DNA of 64,000 bases from Candidatus Poseidoniales archaeon. GTDB lineage: Archaea; Thermoplasmatota; Poseidoniia; Poseidoniales; Poseidoniaceae. The notes under the pieces were generated by a model. The model saw only the letters and a program-made list of their open reading frames with translations. It did no database searches and had not been told where the DNA came from. The stretch covers positions 222,423 through 286,422 of the forward strand of contig BOYQ01000003.1 in assembly GCA_019651595.1 (NCBI GenBank). The letters run 5' to 3'. Both the position numbers and the translations under genes were made by a program. This document shows positions 51,603 through 62,290 of this stretch, in pieces; the stretch's first letter is position 1; every line of letters begins with the position of its first letter.

Positions 51603-52858
51603 CCTCCCGCACGTACGGGCAATTGATTCGAGAGAATCGTGATTTTCGGCAGCTTTGGATTGCAGCCGTGATTTCAATGCTGGGTGAATGGTTCAACACC
51701 ATCGCCTTGTTTTTCCTGATTTTGGAATACACAGGGAGCGAATTCCTGCTCGGCATGTTGTTCACGGTCCGTATGGCAGGTTTTGCCATTCTCCAACCCT
51801 TCATCGGATTGCTGGCTGACCGCTACAATCGAAAAATGCTCATGGTCGTCTCCAACCTTCTCCAGGCGGTGTTCGCCCTCTGCTTCCTCCTGGTGAACGA
51901 TTCGAGCGACATCGTGTGGATGATCGGCCTCTCAGGTTTGATGATGGTCCTGCACGGCGTCTACATGACCGCCGAGCGGGCTGCGTTGCCCAACGTGGTC
52001 GCTGAGGAGGACCTTGCGACCGCCAACGCTTTGGACGCCGCATCGTGGTCAACGGCACTCTGCATGGGCGCCATGTTGGGTGGCGTGGTGGTGTCCATTT
52101 GGGGCACAAACGCCGCGTTCATCATTGATTCTGTGACGTTTTTGGTCGGCACCTTGTTTTTGATCAACTTGACGATCCCGCAAACCATCGACGAATCCAT
52201 GAAGGGGCCGTGGTTGTCCACCGGCATTCGGAACATCAAATCCGGTTGGGCTCGCATTCGCAGCCAACCTGCCTTGTTTCGCATTGTTTTTGCCAAGGCC
52301 TCGTGGAACGTAGCGGGCGGTGGTTTGGCGGGGGTCTACCTGGTGTTGATGGGAGCGAATGTTCAGGGCTTCGGAGCGGCTTTTGGGTTTGGTCTGTTCT
52401 TTTTCGCCCGAGGTGTTGGCACTGGATTAGGTCCCATCCTTGCACGCGCTTTTCTCAAGGACGAAGAAGCGTGGCCAAGACTCGTGGGGTATCTCATCGT
52501 CTTGTCCGGCCTCATCTACTTCCTTGTTGGATTGAGCGTGCCTCACGCCTTGTGGATCACCGTGGTCTTGGTCATCTTGGCACACAGCGCAAGCGGCGCC
52601 AACTGGGTCCTTTCAACCGTCATGATGCAACAATGGGTTGAGGATGAGGTGCGCGGGCGGGTGTTTTCGACCGACATGCTCATTCTTTCAATCGCATTTT
52701 CAACCTCAACCAGCGTGGCCGGCTACCTGATGGAAAACACCGACCTTGGCATTCAGAACGGCATCATGTTGTTCGCCAGCGTGATGGTGTTCTGTGGAAT
52801 TGTGTTTTCCATGTGGCAACCCGGAAACCCGTCGTCTCAAACCGCTCATTCAGCCTGA
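51599..52858 (+). CDS. MFS transporter
   Basis: A hydrophobic protein with about 12 TM segments. …LADRYNRK… MFS motif-A-like loop. Confidence 0.75.
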   Translation: MTSRTYGQLIRENRDFRQLWIAAVISMLGEWFNTIALFFLILEYTGSEFLLGMLFTVRMAGFAILQPFIGLLADRYNRKMLMVVSNLLQAVFALCFLLVNDSSDIVWMIGLSGLMMVLHGVYMTAERAALPNVVAEEDLATANALDAASWSTALCMGAMLGGVVVSIWGTNAAFIIDSVTFLVGTLFLINLTIPQTIDESMKGPWLSTGIRNIKSGWARIRSQPALFRIVFAKASWNVAGGGLAGVYLVLMGANVQGFGAAFGFGLFFFARGVGTGLGPILARAFLKDEEAWPRLVGYLIVLSGLIYFLVGLSVPHALWITVVLVILAHSASGANWVLSTVMMQQWVEDEVRGRVFSTDMLILSIAFSTSTSVAGYLMENTDLGIQNGIMLFASVMVFCGIVFSMWQPGNPSSQTAHSA

Positions 52859-54876
52859 AGGCATCGCTCGTGTGTGCATTCTGGTGGCGTGAAATAGAGA
52901 CGGTCCTCTGGAACGAACGTGTCCAGTTGGAGGGTGGATGATGCGCCCTCTTCGACGAACACCACAGATGATGTGCTGGCAGGGAGGTAATCTTCACCCG
53001 TCGACTGTAAACTTAGCCGCAAGACGTGCCCTGCTGGTACTTCTGCGTCCATGGCAAAGAACTCCATTTTCGCGTTGATGGACTCGACGATGGGCGTCCA
53101 CGTTTGAATCTCATCCCCACCGGCATGATACCGCAGGTCCATGATGGCATGACCCAGGTGGATGCAATTACTCTGGTTGTCGCAATCTTCGAGCAGGGCG
53201 TAGAGTTGCCCGCCGAGGCTTGCTGTTGTCACCTCGACATGAACTCGAGGCATACCTGCGATGTAGAGGTCTTCTGCGAGCGGCTCGGTCTCCCACACCG
53301 GCCCAGATGATGCATCGGGCAGAACGGTGGTGGTTCCGGCGATGTTGGTCATGTCCGCTCCCAATTCCAACACCAGTTCAACAGCATCGGCGGGCGGGTA
53401 GCGGTCCTCAATACGCCAGGAACCTTGGTTGGACTGAATCTCAATCCATTGGCCGGGCTGTTCTCCGATCCCCTTGAGGTAATAATCAAACCACTCGAGC
53501 ATGTCTTGCATCCAGTCAAAACGTATCATTTCTGGGAACGCCTCGCCGCCACGACCGCCCAAGTCGGACCGGTCGTCCAATTGAACCGGACGGTCAGGAT
53601 AGTCGTGGTCCCACTGACCAAACAGACCTCTGGCTTCTATTCCAGCATCGATCAGACGGTTGATGGTTGGTACCGCCATGTGGGGGTCAACGTTCCAATC
53701 GTGCATGCCCTGGATAAGGTAAACGCTGCCTTTGTAATTCTCAAGAACCCGGTCGAGGAAGTAGCGCTCAGCCCAGTAGTCCCCGGCGACCTCGGAACCA
53801 AACATGTAGGCGCTGACGCCGGTTCCCGGGCCGATGATGTAATCCGGGCAGATGTTCTGGTAGTCCTCTTCGTCGCCGTCAATACCGTACGACCCGTAGA
53901 CACCGTTGTGCATGATGGGTGCCCGCGCTTCAGAAGAACCGTTTTTCCACATGAGTTCTTTCACGCCAATAAGACCCGAAATCGGGACGATGGTCTTCAG
54001 GTAATCATGCTCGGCCCCGAACATGGCCGCTTGCCAAGGTGTGCTGCCGTCGTAGGATTTGCCAATCAGCGCTACGGCGCCGTTTGACCAAGGTTGTTCT
54101 GCCAACCATCGCACGGCAGCATCGTTCCCGAGCTGTTCGGCATTACCCATCAAATCCATGCAGTGATTGCTCCGTCCGGTGCCTGAGACTGAGATTTGGG
54201 CAAAAGCATAGCCGTGTGGTAGAATTTGGTCAATGAACATCTGACCCAACCAACTACCAGGGACTTCAATCGAAGGGGTTTCGACGCTAGCTTCTTGGAA
54301 GTAAGGACCACTTTCTGCGATCACCGGCACTTGCATTCCTTCGGGCACATCGGGCAGCCAGACGGCGAGGCTAATGAGCCCGTTCGGCGCAGCTCCACCC
54401 TCTTCGAGAGGGAGCGTGTATTCCACAAAATGATGGGTCGAATTCCACTCGTTATCGGTTGGCAGGAGCGAGTACGGCCCAACCTCCAACGCTACGCCAA
54501 ACTCGCCGTCCGTTTCGTATGGAAGGGTGTAGCGCTCCCAAACAGGCACCCGCACGCCTTGTTGCTGTTCCTCTTCCACCACCAGGTTGACAAACGCCTC
54601 TCCAAAGAAGGCCGAGAGCATCAAAAAAACCAGCGACAGCGCCAAGGTCGCCCCCAAGACGACGTTGAATTCTTTGGTGGCTGATGCAGTCGATGATTTG
54701 ACTTCGTCGTCCAGTGAACCGACAATGATGCTCAACTGGTCCACGTCGGTTTTGGTTGATGTTTCAACCAAATCAGCCATCACGACCTCATCGTCCGACA
54801 TGGTGCTTCGCCTCGGGGTCGGTACGGCTGTTCTTGAACATACGCCCGTGGTGCTTTTCGTGCTTTCGAAGAACAA
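52846..54876 (-). CDS. secreted/membrane-anchored S15-family (X-Pro dipeptidyl-peptidase / CocE-NonD) hydrolase
   Basis: N-terminal TM segment. …GKSYDGSTPW… GxSYxG nucleophile. C-terminal beta-sandwich-type region. Confidence 0.7.
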   Translation of the reverse strand: MFFESTKSTTGVCSRTAVPTPRRSTMSDDEVVMADLVETSTKTDVDQLSIIVGSLDDEVKSSTASATKEFNVVLGATLALSLVFLMLSAFFGEAFVNLVVEEEQQQGVRVPVWERYTLPYETDGEFGVALEVGPYSLLPTDNEWNSTHHFVEYTLPLEEGGAAPNGLISLAVWLPDVPEGMQVPVIAESGPYFQEASVETPSIEVPGSWLGQMFIDQILPHGYAFAQISVSGTGRSNHCMDLMGNAEQLGNDAAVRWLAEQPWSNGAVALIGKSYDGSTPWQAAMFGAEHDYLKTIVPISGLIGVKELMWKNGSSEARAPIMHNGVYGSYGIDGDEEDYQNICPDYIIGPGTGVSAYMFGSEVAGDYWAERYFLDRVLENYKGSVYLIQGMHDWNVDPHMAVPTINRLIDAGIEARGLFGQWDHDYPDRPVQLDDRSDLGGRGGEAFPEMIRFDWMQDMLEWFDYYLKGIGEQPGQWIEIQSNQGSWRIEDRYPPADAVELVLELGADMTNIAGTTTVLPDASSGPVWETEPLAEDLYIAGMPRVHVEVTTASLGGQLYALLEDCDNQSNCIHLGHAIMDLRYHAGGDEIQTWTPIVESINAKMEFFAMDAEVPAGHVLRLSLQSTGEDYLPASTSSVVFVEEGASSTLQLDTFVPEDRLYFTPPECTHERCLQAE

Positions 54877-54907
54877 GCCTCAAAGACATCCATACCAAGG
54901 TGGAATC

Positions 54908-56941
54908 ATGGATGAGGATGTGCGGCGCATGCAAGCTGCCGTCCTCGAAGGCATTCCACTGGCGTTGCCGGAGCATCCAGGAATCGATTCGTCCGTTGAC
55001 CACGCACCCAACCGACGGCAAATTCTCACCGCAGAAGAAAAATTGTTGGCCCTTGAAAACGCCCTTCGCTACATTCCACCGCAACACCATGAGTCACTGG
55101 CTGACGAATTCATGGACGAACTCAACACCTACGGGCGCATCATCATGCGGCGCTACAGACCCACCAGCCACCCCATGAAAGCTTACCCGCTGGATGCCTA
55201 TCCCTGCGCCTCACGGCAGGCTGCGTCCATCATGCTGATGATTCACAACAACCTTGATCCCGCTGTTGCGCAATTCCCCCACGAGTTGATCACGTACGGT
55301 GGAAATGGCTCGGTGTTCCAAAATTGGTGCCAGTACCGTTTGGTCATGAAGTACCTCTGTGAGATGACCGACCAGCAGACACTGGTCATGTATTCTGGCC
55401 ACCCTTTGGGACTTTTCCCCTCTGGTCCAGCGGCGCCTCGCGGTGGTGACGAACGGTATGGTCATCCTGAATTATTCGAGTCAAGACGACTACGAACGTA
55501 TGAATGCGCTCGGCGTGACACAGTACGGCCAAATGACCGCTGGTTCCTACATGTACATCGGGCCTCAAGGCATTGTCCACGGCACCACCATCACCTTGCT
55601 GAACGCCGCCAGGCTTCACCTTGGGTTGAGTGATGAATCGAATCTTTCCGGTATCACCTTCATCACCAGCGGCCTGGGTGGTATGTCGGGCGCCCAAGCC
55701 AAAGCCGCCACGATCGCAGGCGCTGCTTGCATCATCGCAGAGACGAACGCTCATGCCGCTCACAAGCGCCACAACCAAGGCTGGTTAACCACGGTCACGG
55801 ACGACATTGACGACGCTATCGACCAAATGGTCCAAGCCGCCAATGACGGAAATGCCATATCAATCGGTTTGATTGGAAACATCGTCGAATTATGGGAACG
55901 ATGCGTAGAGCGAGAGGTTCACGTGGATTTGGGGAGCGATCAAACCAGCCTGCACAACCCGTATCAGGGAGGTTATTTCCCAGCAGATCGAACCTACGAG
56001 GAGAGCGCCACGATGCTGTCCGAAGACCCGGCCCGATTTCGGTCGGAGGTACAGTCCACCCTTCGGCGCCACGCTGCCGCCATCAACACCATGGCAGAAC
56101 GCGGGATGTACTTCTGGGATTATGGCAATGCTTTCCTTTTGGGAAAGGCCTCCCGTGTCGGGCCGATGTGGTCAACGAGGATGGGACCTTTCGTTATCCC
56201 TCCTACGTTGAGGACATCATGGGGCCGTTGTGCTTCGACTTCGGTTTTGGCCCGTACCGTTGGGTTTGCACGAGCGGCGACCCTGCTGATTTGAAGCGGA
56301 CCGATGAAATTGCAGCGGATGTCCTTCGGGGCATGCGTGATGGCGCTCCCGAAGACGTGCGACAGCAAATCAACGACAACCTGCGCTGGATTGAGCAAGC
56401 AGGGGCAAATCAACTCGTCGTTGGAAGCCAAGCCCGCATCCTCTATGCTGACGATGTAGGCCGACGAAACATTGCACTGGCGATGAATCAAGCCATCGCT
56501 TCTGGAGAATTGCAGGGACCGGTGGTGTTGGGTCGAGACCACCACGATGTATCGGGGACCGACAGCCCCTACAGAGAAACGGCCAACATCCGAGATGGCT
56601 CAATGTTCACGGCTGACATGGCCGTCCACAACGCCATCGGTGATGCCTTCCGCGGCGCCACATGGGTGAGTCTCCACAACGGTGGTGGCGTGGGCTGGGG
56701 GGAGGTGATTAACGGTGGTTTTGGATTGCTGTTGGACGGCACGGCCGAAGCCGAGGAGAAACTCTCATCCATGCTTCATTGGGACGTCAACAACGGCGTC
56801 GCTCGACGTGCATGGGCGAGAAACCCTGGTGCTCGCTCTGCCGTGGTACGCGCCATGGAAGCCGAAGACGAGTTGACCGTCACCCTCCCGCACCTCGTCG
56901 AGTCCTCCGTGCTCGACCGCTTCCGAGGTGATGGACAGTGA
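54908..56941 (+). CDS. hutU: urocanate hydratase, frameshifts near 55430 and 56160
   Basis: Three frames carry …YGGNGSVFQNWCQY…, …GPQGIVHGTTITL…SGLGGMSGAQ…, …HHDVSGTDSPYRETANI…LHNGGGVGWGEVINGG…. Confidence 0.85.
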
Positions 56942-58491
56942 GCCAACGCCCCGTGGTGTATGCTGACGGACGAACGCTTTCCGCACAGGAAGTGGCCATG
57001 GTGGCCAAAGGCCAAGCGGACGTTGCTGTGTCCGATGACGCATGGCCCGGTATCCATGCAGCACGACAGGTCGTTGAGCGAATTGTGTCCACGGGCGACA
57101 CCGTTTACGGCATCAACACGGGCTTTGGTGCACTTGTCCGCGAACGCATTTCAACCGATGACTTGGCCCAACTTCAGATCAATCTCATCCGTTCCCACGC
57201 AACGGGTGTTGGTGATCTCATGACGGTGGAAGCCGTTCGTGCCATGATGATGGTGCGGCTGAACTCGTTGTGCAAAGGGCATTCTGGGATTCATCCCGAT
57301 TGCATTCGACAATTGGTGCTCTACCTGAACCACAACGTTCACCCTGCTGTTCCACGAATCGGAAGCTTGGGGGCGAGCGGGGATCTTGCACCGCTCTCTC
57401 ATCTCGCCCTCACGCTTATCGGTGAAGGAGAAGTTCTTGTCGATGGCAAAGTAGAATCAACCGCTGACTTCCTGTTCAGCAACGGTTTGGTCCCCGTCGA
57501 ACTCACGGCCAAGGACGGGCTGTCATTGATCAACGGCACAAGTCAAATGACGGCTTATGCGGTGCTCGCTCAACAAGAACTGGCTAGCGTCTTGTTGCTG
57601 GCCGATGTCATCTTGGCCATGTCCATGGACGCTCGTTCGTGCAGCCTTACGCCGTCAAGACCTGAGGTTCACGACGCACGCCCCCATCCGGGACAACAAC
57701 GGGTCGCTGAACGCCTTCGCACGTTGCTCAGCGGTTCGGAAATACTCCAAGACCACGCCTCGTGCGACCGGGTTCAAGACCCCTATTCTTTCCGTTGCGC
57801 CCCCCAGGTCCACGGTGCCGTTTACGAATCCTTCCAGCGGCTGGGAGATATGCTCGCAAGGGAAATCAACAGCGCCACCGACAACCCGCTGATTTTCCCC
57901 GAACCCAACCGGCCCGGTGAGCATGAGGTTGTTTCTCAAGGCAATTTCCACGGTGAAATTGTCGCCCTAACATGCGATGCCATGAGCTTGGCCATGTTTG
58001 AACTTGGATCGATCTCTGAACGACGGATGGACCAGATGCTCGATCCCGCTCGAAGCGAGATGCCAGCGTTTCTCGCTAAGGATTCGGGGCTTGAGTCAGG
58101 GCTGATGATCGTTCAGTACGTTGCAGGAGCATCACTCGCCGAGCTCCACGGTCAGGCAACGCCTCGGTCGGCGTTCTCGACCACGACTTCTGCGGGGCAA
58201 GAAGATCACGTCAGCATGGGGGCGACGGCAGCATGGAATCTGCACGTTGGTGTACGTCGCTTAAGCGAAGTCCTGGCGTGTGAAGCCCTCATCGCCGCAG
58301 AAGCCCTCGAACACGCAACCCTGCGGTCATCACCTCACGTTCGGGCGATGCATGACCTCGTGAGGACCGTCGCCTCAGCCCTGGTCGGCGACCGCTCGAC
58401 ATCCGCAGAATTGATTCAGATTGCAGACGAACTTCGTCAGCCAGGATGGCTGGCCCGATTGGAGGCAGAACACGGACGCTTACCGCGCTGA
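56938..58491 (+). CDS. hutH: histidine ammonia-lyase
   Basis: MIO-forming ASG motif (GSLGASGDLAPLSHLAL). Overlaps the hutU stop. Confidence 0.9.
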   Translation: MSQRPVVYADGRTLSAQEVAMVAKGQADVAVSDDAWPGIHAARQVVERIVSTGDTVYGINTGFGALVRERISTDDLAQLQINLIRSHATGVGDLMTVEAVRAMMMVRLNSLCKGHSGIHPDCIRQLVLYLNHNVHPAVPRIGSLGASGDLAPLSHLALTLIGEGEVLVDGKVESTADFLFSNGLVPVELTAKDGLSLINGTSQMTAYAVLAQQELASVLLLADVILAMSMDARSCSLTPSRPEVHDARPHPGQQRVAERLRTLLSGSEILQDHASCDRVQDPYSFRCAPQVHGAVYESFQRLGDMLAREINSATDNPLIFPEPNRPGEHEVVSQGNFHGEIVALTCDAMSLAMFELGSISERRMDQMLDPARSEMPAFLAKDSGLESGLMIVQYVAGASLAELHGQATPRSAFSTTTSAGQEDHVSMGATAAWNLHVGVRRLSEVLACEALIAAEALEHATLRSSPHVRAMHDLVRTVASALVGDRSTSAELIQIADELRQPGWLARLEAEHGRLPR

Positions 58492-59364
58492 AAGAAGGTG
58501 CTCAAGGTCTTGGACGTTCTTTTCAACGTCCAACAGCGACATCATCCGATAGTTGAACATTTCACGTTCGGTGACGGTGAGTGCGCTTTCATGTGTTTCA
58601 AGCAAACGAAGGGCATCGATGGCCCTCACGATGTCAAGTTCAACCGACCTGTACACGGAAAAAGCATCGTCCATGTCGGTCAGCGATAAGGCAGGTTCGA
58701 GCGCGGACAAATCAAACCCCATGCGTTTCCATTGAAGCATGCGCCGTGCGAGAACAGCCGATGTAAATCCAAGTCGAGGTAAACTCACCAAATGCGTGAT
58801 AACGGCGTCGGACGATTGACTGACACTGGGAGATTTCACCAGTCCAACCTTTTCTCCCCCATCCCCCGTCGTGTCGTGTTCAAGACTGCGGTGGTCAACC
58901 GATTCGGAGGCGGTGGGCTCTGCCACGGTCATGAGCGGTGCGATGCCGGTTAACCGCCTCCAAAAAGAGGACTCAACGGTCAACGGATCGAGGGGAAACA
59001 CGACGTCCACGTCTTGATGCCGCACGAGACCGTCCAGCCGCTGCAGCCACGCCAGTGTAGCAGGAACCGTCGAACGCGATGCAATCCAGTCAAGCCCCTC
59101 AACGATGATGAGTTCTGTATCATCGTTGAGTTGTGATTGGAGGTGTTGTTCAATTGAAGGAGCATCGGGTGGAATCGATCGTGGACTTTCATGTTCGGAA
59201 ATCCACCACATATCGGCGGTGTTGGTTGCGATATATCGCAGCAGTTGGCGCAAAGGCAGCCGACTGTAACACATGACATGTCCTGCCGTCGCGTCAATCC
59301 GGTCGGCCAAAGCACCGTACGTGGTGGTCGGCGAGGTCGATTCGAGCGTGAACAAGCCAACCAT
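58480..59364 (-). CDS. hypothetical protein, possibly DUF835-like
   Basis: …LIIVEGLDWIASRS…LAWLQRLDGLV… is reminiscent of the archaeal DUF835 core. Weak call. Confidence 0.35.
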   Translation of the reverse strand: MVGLFTLESTSPTTTYGALADRIDATAGHVMCYSRLPLRQLLRYIATNTADMWWISEHESPRSIPPDAPSIEQHLQSQLNDDTELIIVEGLDWIASRSTVPATLAWLQRLDGLVRHQDVDVVFPLDPLTVESSFWRRLTGIAPLMTVAEPTASESVDHRSLEHDTTGDGGEKVGLVKSPSVSQSSDAVITHLVSLPRLGFTSAVLARRMLQWKRMGFDLSALEPALSLTDMDDAFSVYRSVELDIVRAIDALRLLETHESALTVTEREMFNYRMMSLLDVEKNVQDLEHLLSAR

Positions 59365-59479
59365 TGCCCTACCTCGACGATGCTACGCTCGATGCAGGTT
59401 CTAAGGAATTCCGCCTACAACAAGGTGCAAGTCATCAATCATTATATTGCCCTTCTTCGTGGAAATAAGTGGTGGAACG

Positions 59480-61306
59480 ATGACGGATGAAGAAAATGAA
59501 TCGGTTGCCATGGCTGAGTGCGGTGCTTGTCGAGCCGTCATCCCCATCGATTCGACGGAATGCCCCGAGTGTGCAACGAAATTTTCGGGTGTATCCGAAG
59601 ATGCACTTGGGGAGTGCGGGGGCTGTCAAGCACTGGTCCCCCTCGACTCGACACGTTGCCCCGAGTGTGGTGTTCTCTTCGTAGCGGACGACGTCGTTGA
59701 TATCCTTCGCCAGTGGGTTGCAGACACCGGCATTAACATCCGGAAGTTGTTCGACAAGTTCGATGAAAATGACGACGGCACCATTGATTCAGATGAACTC
59801 AAGCGTGGTTTACTCAGTTTGAACCTCGCCGACCTTCCACCATCGCAGGTTGACCGCCTTGTCGCCGAAATCGATGCAGACGGTAACGGCGTCATCGATC
59901 TTGATGAGTTTGACGCCATCCTGATGGGGTCGAACGCTGCACAGGAGGAGGCGCCCGCACCCGTAGAGACCGACGGAACGGCCGAAGATGATACATCCGT
60001 TCTTGAGGGCGAAGATGACGGCGGAGAGGCTGACGAAGAATCAGCTGATGCAGAGAGCGATGCCGAGGAAGCAGATGCATCGGTCGAAGAAGAGGCTGAA
60101 GAGGAGGCCGAAGACGAGGCTGAGGAGGAGGCAGAGGATGATGAAAGCGCTGCGGAGGAAGAAGAAGCCGGTGAAGAAGAAGATGAGGCACACGGCATCG
60201 ACGATGAAGCGTTTGACATTGACGAAGAAGAGGATTCACCGGAAGCCGACGCGGACGAAGAAGAACCTCATCGTCCGCTGGCCGCGCTGTCCGCGCTGGC
60301 GGACCTGATGGATGAACATGACATCTCAGCGCAACGCCTGTTCAATGAACTCGATGCAGACGGCAACGGTGTCGTATCCATTAGCGAACTGAAAAGCACG
60401 ATTGCAGAGAAGTACGGTGATGATCTCGACCTTGAGCAAGTGAACGCCATCATGGAGGGGGCTGACGTCGACGGTGACGGTACCATCGACATCACCGAGT
60501 TCATCGGTTCGCTGGAAGATTACGAAACCATGGAGGAACTGGTAGAGGAGAAAGTCTTCCCGTCTCCGTGGCAGAAGCGCATGATGTCCAAATCGTGGAA
60601 CGACACGGTATGGCCCATCCTCCACGTTGCGTTCGGCATCATGGTTGCGCTCTTTATCGCCAACGGGATGTTTGGATTTGTCGATGGAACCGGTGGCAAT
60701 GTCGCCTACATTCCGAATGATTCTGGTTTGATACCAAGTGGGAACATTGTTGAGGGCGACATTTACCCGTGCGACGAGAAGTACCAGATGGACGGTTGTC
60801 GAAACTCGCTCACACCCCTAGCAGGTGCGAACGGCTCCCTTTCAATGCCAACCGGTTTCTACTGGGACGGCATCATGCTGATCGCCCTCTCGGTCATCGG
60901 AATGGCGACTACCCTGTTCTTGCATCTCGTGAAAGCCCCCGAGTGGCGCGCAAGGGCCAAAGCCATGAAAGAGTTTGAAACGGACAAAGCCGAAGCAGCA
61001 GAATCGGCCGAGGAATCCAGCGATGAGACGGACGATGATGAAGCGGTTGCGGACGAAGATGAAACCGAAGATGATGAAGCCTACGAAGAGGACGATGAAC
61101 TCGAGGATGACGTCGACGAAGACACGGATGACGAGGCCGAAGAAGAAGGGATTGACATTGGTTCGCACATTGGATTGGTGTTTGACGACGAAGAGGTCTT
61201 TGGGGTCATCGTAGAATTTGATGACGATGAGGAAACAGTGACCATCGAAGAAGATGGCACTGGCGACCTTGTGACCGGCTACCAGGAAGACATGTTCCTT
61301 GAGTGA
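59480..61306 (+). CDS. membrane-anchored calcium-binding protein: double zinc ribbon + 4 EF-hands + 2 TM helices + poly-acidic tail
   Basis: Zinc ribbons CGAC…CPEC and CGGC…CPEC. Canonical EF-hand loops DENDDGTIDSDE, DADGNGVIDLDE, DADGNGVVSISE, DVDGDGTIDITE. Hydrophobic segments around residues 395-420 and 470-495. D/E-rich linker and tail. The long ORF begins at 59447; the first Met in a good context is at 59480. Confidence 0.7.
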   Translation: MTDEENESVAMAECGACRAVIPIDSTECPECATKFSGVSEDALGECGGCQALVPLDSTRCPECGVLFVADDVVDILRQWVADTGINIRKLFDKFDENDDGTIDSDELKRGLLSLNLADLPPSQVDRLVAEIDADGNGVIDLDEFDAILMGSNAAQEEAPAPVETDGTAEDDTSVLEGEDDGGEADEESADAESDAEEADASVEEEAEEEAEDEAEEEAEDDESAAEEEEAGEEEDEAHGIDDEAFDIDEEEDSPEADADEEEPHRPLAALSALADLMDEHDISAQRLFNELDADGNGVVSISELKSTIAEKYGDDLDLEQVNAIMEGADVDGDGTIDITEFIGSLEDYETMEELVEEKVFPSPWQKRMMSKSWNDTVWPILHVAFGIMVALFIANGMFGFVDGTGGNVAYIPNDSGLIPSGNIVEGDIYPCDEKYQMDGCRNSLTPLAGANGSLSMPTGFYWDGIMLIALSVIGMATTLFLHLVKAPEWRARAKAMKEFETDKAEAAESAEESSDETDDDEAVADEDETEDDEAYEEDDELEDDVDEDTDDEAEEEGIDIGSHIGLVFDDEEVFGVIVEFDDDEETVTIEEDGTGDLVTGYQEDMFLE

Positions 61307-61682
61307 GCACATGAAAAAATCCGACCCACTCGATCGGCTGAACGGCCTGGCTGTCTGCCCTGTGTGCGGTTGTTTTGACCGAAAGGGAATGTACCGTTGT
61401 TCGGAGTGCGGAACCTTTCACGCAGGCGGCATCATGGAGGAACGGGAAGCACCTCCTCCAAGCGAACAGCGAGAATTGGAGGCAGCAGCACCACCGCTCG
61501 ACCCGTCCGTTTATTCCTTGGGGCCGAACGCCTCGATACCCGAAGAATCATTCGACGAATCCGACGATGTGAGATCGTGGGAAGGCGGGTCCACCGATTT
61601 CACCTTTGATGAGGACGATGACCCGCCGGTTGCGCACATCACCCTCCCCGAAGCTGAAGACGTGACTTCGGATGAAGATTAA
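61299..61682 (+). CDS. small zinc-ribbon protein with an acidic C-terminal tail (hypothetical)
   Basis: CPVCG…CSECG ribbon. Overlaps the end of the EF-hand gene by 8 nt. Confidence 0.4.
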   Translation: MSEHMKKSDPLDRLNGLAVCPVCGCFDRKGMYRCSECGTFHAGGIMEEREAPPPSEQRELEAAAPPLDPSVYSLGPNASIPEESFDESDDVRSWEGGSTDFTFDEDDDPPVAHITLPEAEDVTSDED

Positions 61683-61746
61683 CTAATTGTTATTGGAATG
61701 GTGTTAATCCAATATACCAATCAAATGTCCATTCAATGATGTTCAT

Positions 61747-61823
61747 TGGTGGGCTCGGAGAGAATCGAACTCTCGATCTTTGCCATGTCAAGGCAACGTC
61801 ATAAACCCCTAGACCACGAGCCC
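61747..61823 (-). tRNA. tRNA-Val (anticodon GAC), CCA encoded
   Basis: Reverse complement: GGGCTCG-TG-GTCT…GACG-TTGCC-TTGACAT-GGCAA-AGATC-GAGAG-TTCGATT-CTCTC-CGAGCCC-A-CCA. Perfect 7-bp acceptor stem, 5-bp anticodon stem, 5-bp T-stem, TTCGATT T-loop, GAC at positions 35-37. Confidence 0.85.
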
Positions 61824-61885
61824 TAGGTAGGTTGACCCACCTGACATTTCTATTAAATGAATTCGGTAGGCTGCCGTGATGTTCA

Positions 61886-62038
61886 TCACGCGATGATCTT
61901 GGAAATCTTCCCCGTGCACCCAGCTTGGGAACAAAATCCAGCCATCCGCGTGCGGCCGTTGGCCATGGCAATTTTTTCACCGTTCTTGATTGGACCGTAC
62001 GTTTTGCACTTCATGCAATAACCTTGAATCTCTGCCAT
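61886..62038 (-). CDS. small Cys-rich (zinc-ribbon-like) protein
   Basis: MAEIQGYCMKCK…GFCSQAGCTGKI: four Cys arranged as two knuckles. About 50 aa after trimming ORF 61886-62119 to the internal Met. Confidence 0.35.
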   Translation of the reverse strand: MAEIQGYCMKCKTYGPIKNGEKIAMANGRTRMAGFCSQAGCTGKISKIIA

Positions 62039-62290
62039 GGTGCTCAAAGTCGGCGAGTAGGTTCGAATATTGAACGCTTCTGTTGAATATTCACCAATTT
62101 TCCTTTTTTTGACCCTCAAAGGAGGGGTTCAAAGGTTGAAAACAACAAGAAAATGGAAATGACGCAGCCCAGGGATCAGAAAAACGCTGTACTGCGGCCC
62201 ATCTTCCAGTCATACATGTCGCCTGCCATCGTACGGAATCCGGCCGTTGTCGCATAACTCACATTATGCGACGATACGTGGCACGCAAAA

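Noticed and set aside
59626-60219. 197-aa Ser/Ala-rich minus-strand ORF
   Set aside because: Reverse-complement reading of the GA-rich DNA that encodes the poly-Asp/Glu linker of the EF-hand protein. It is a compositional mirror, not a gene.
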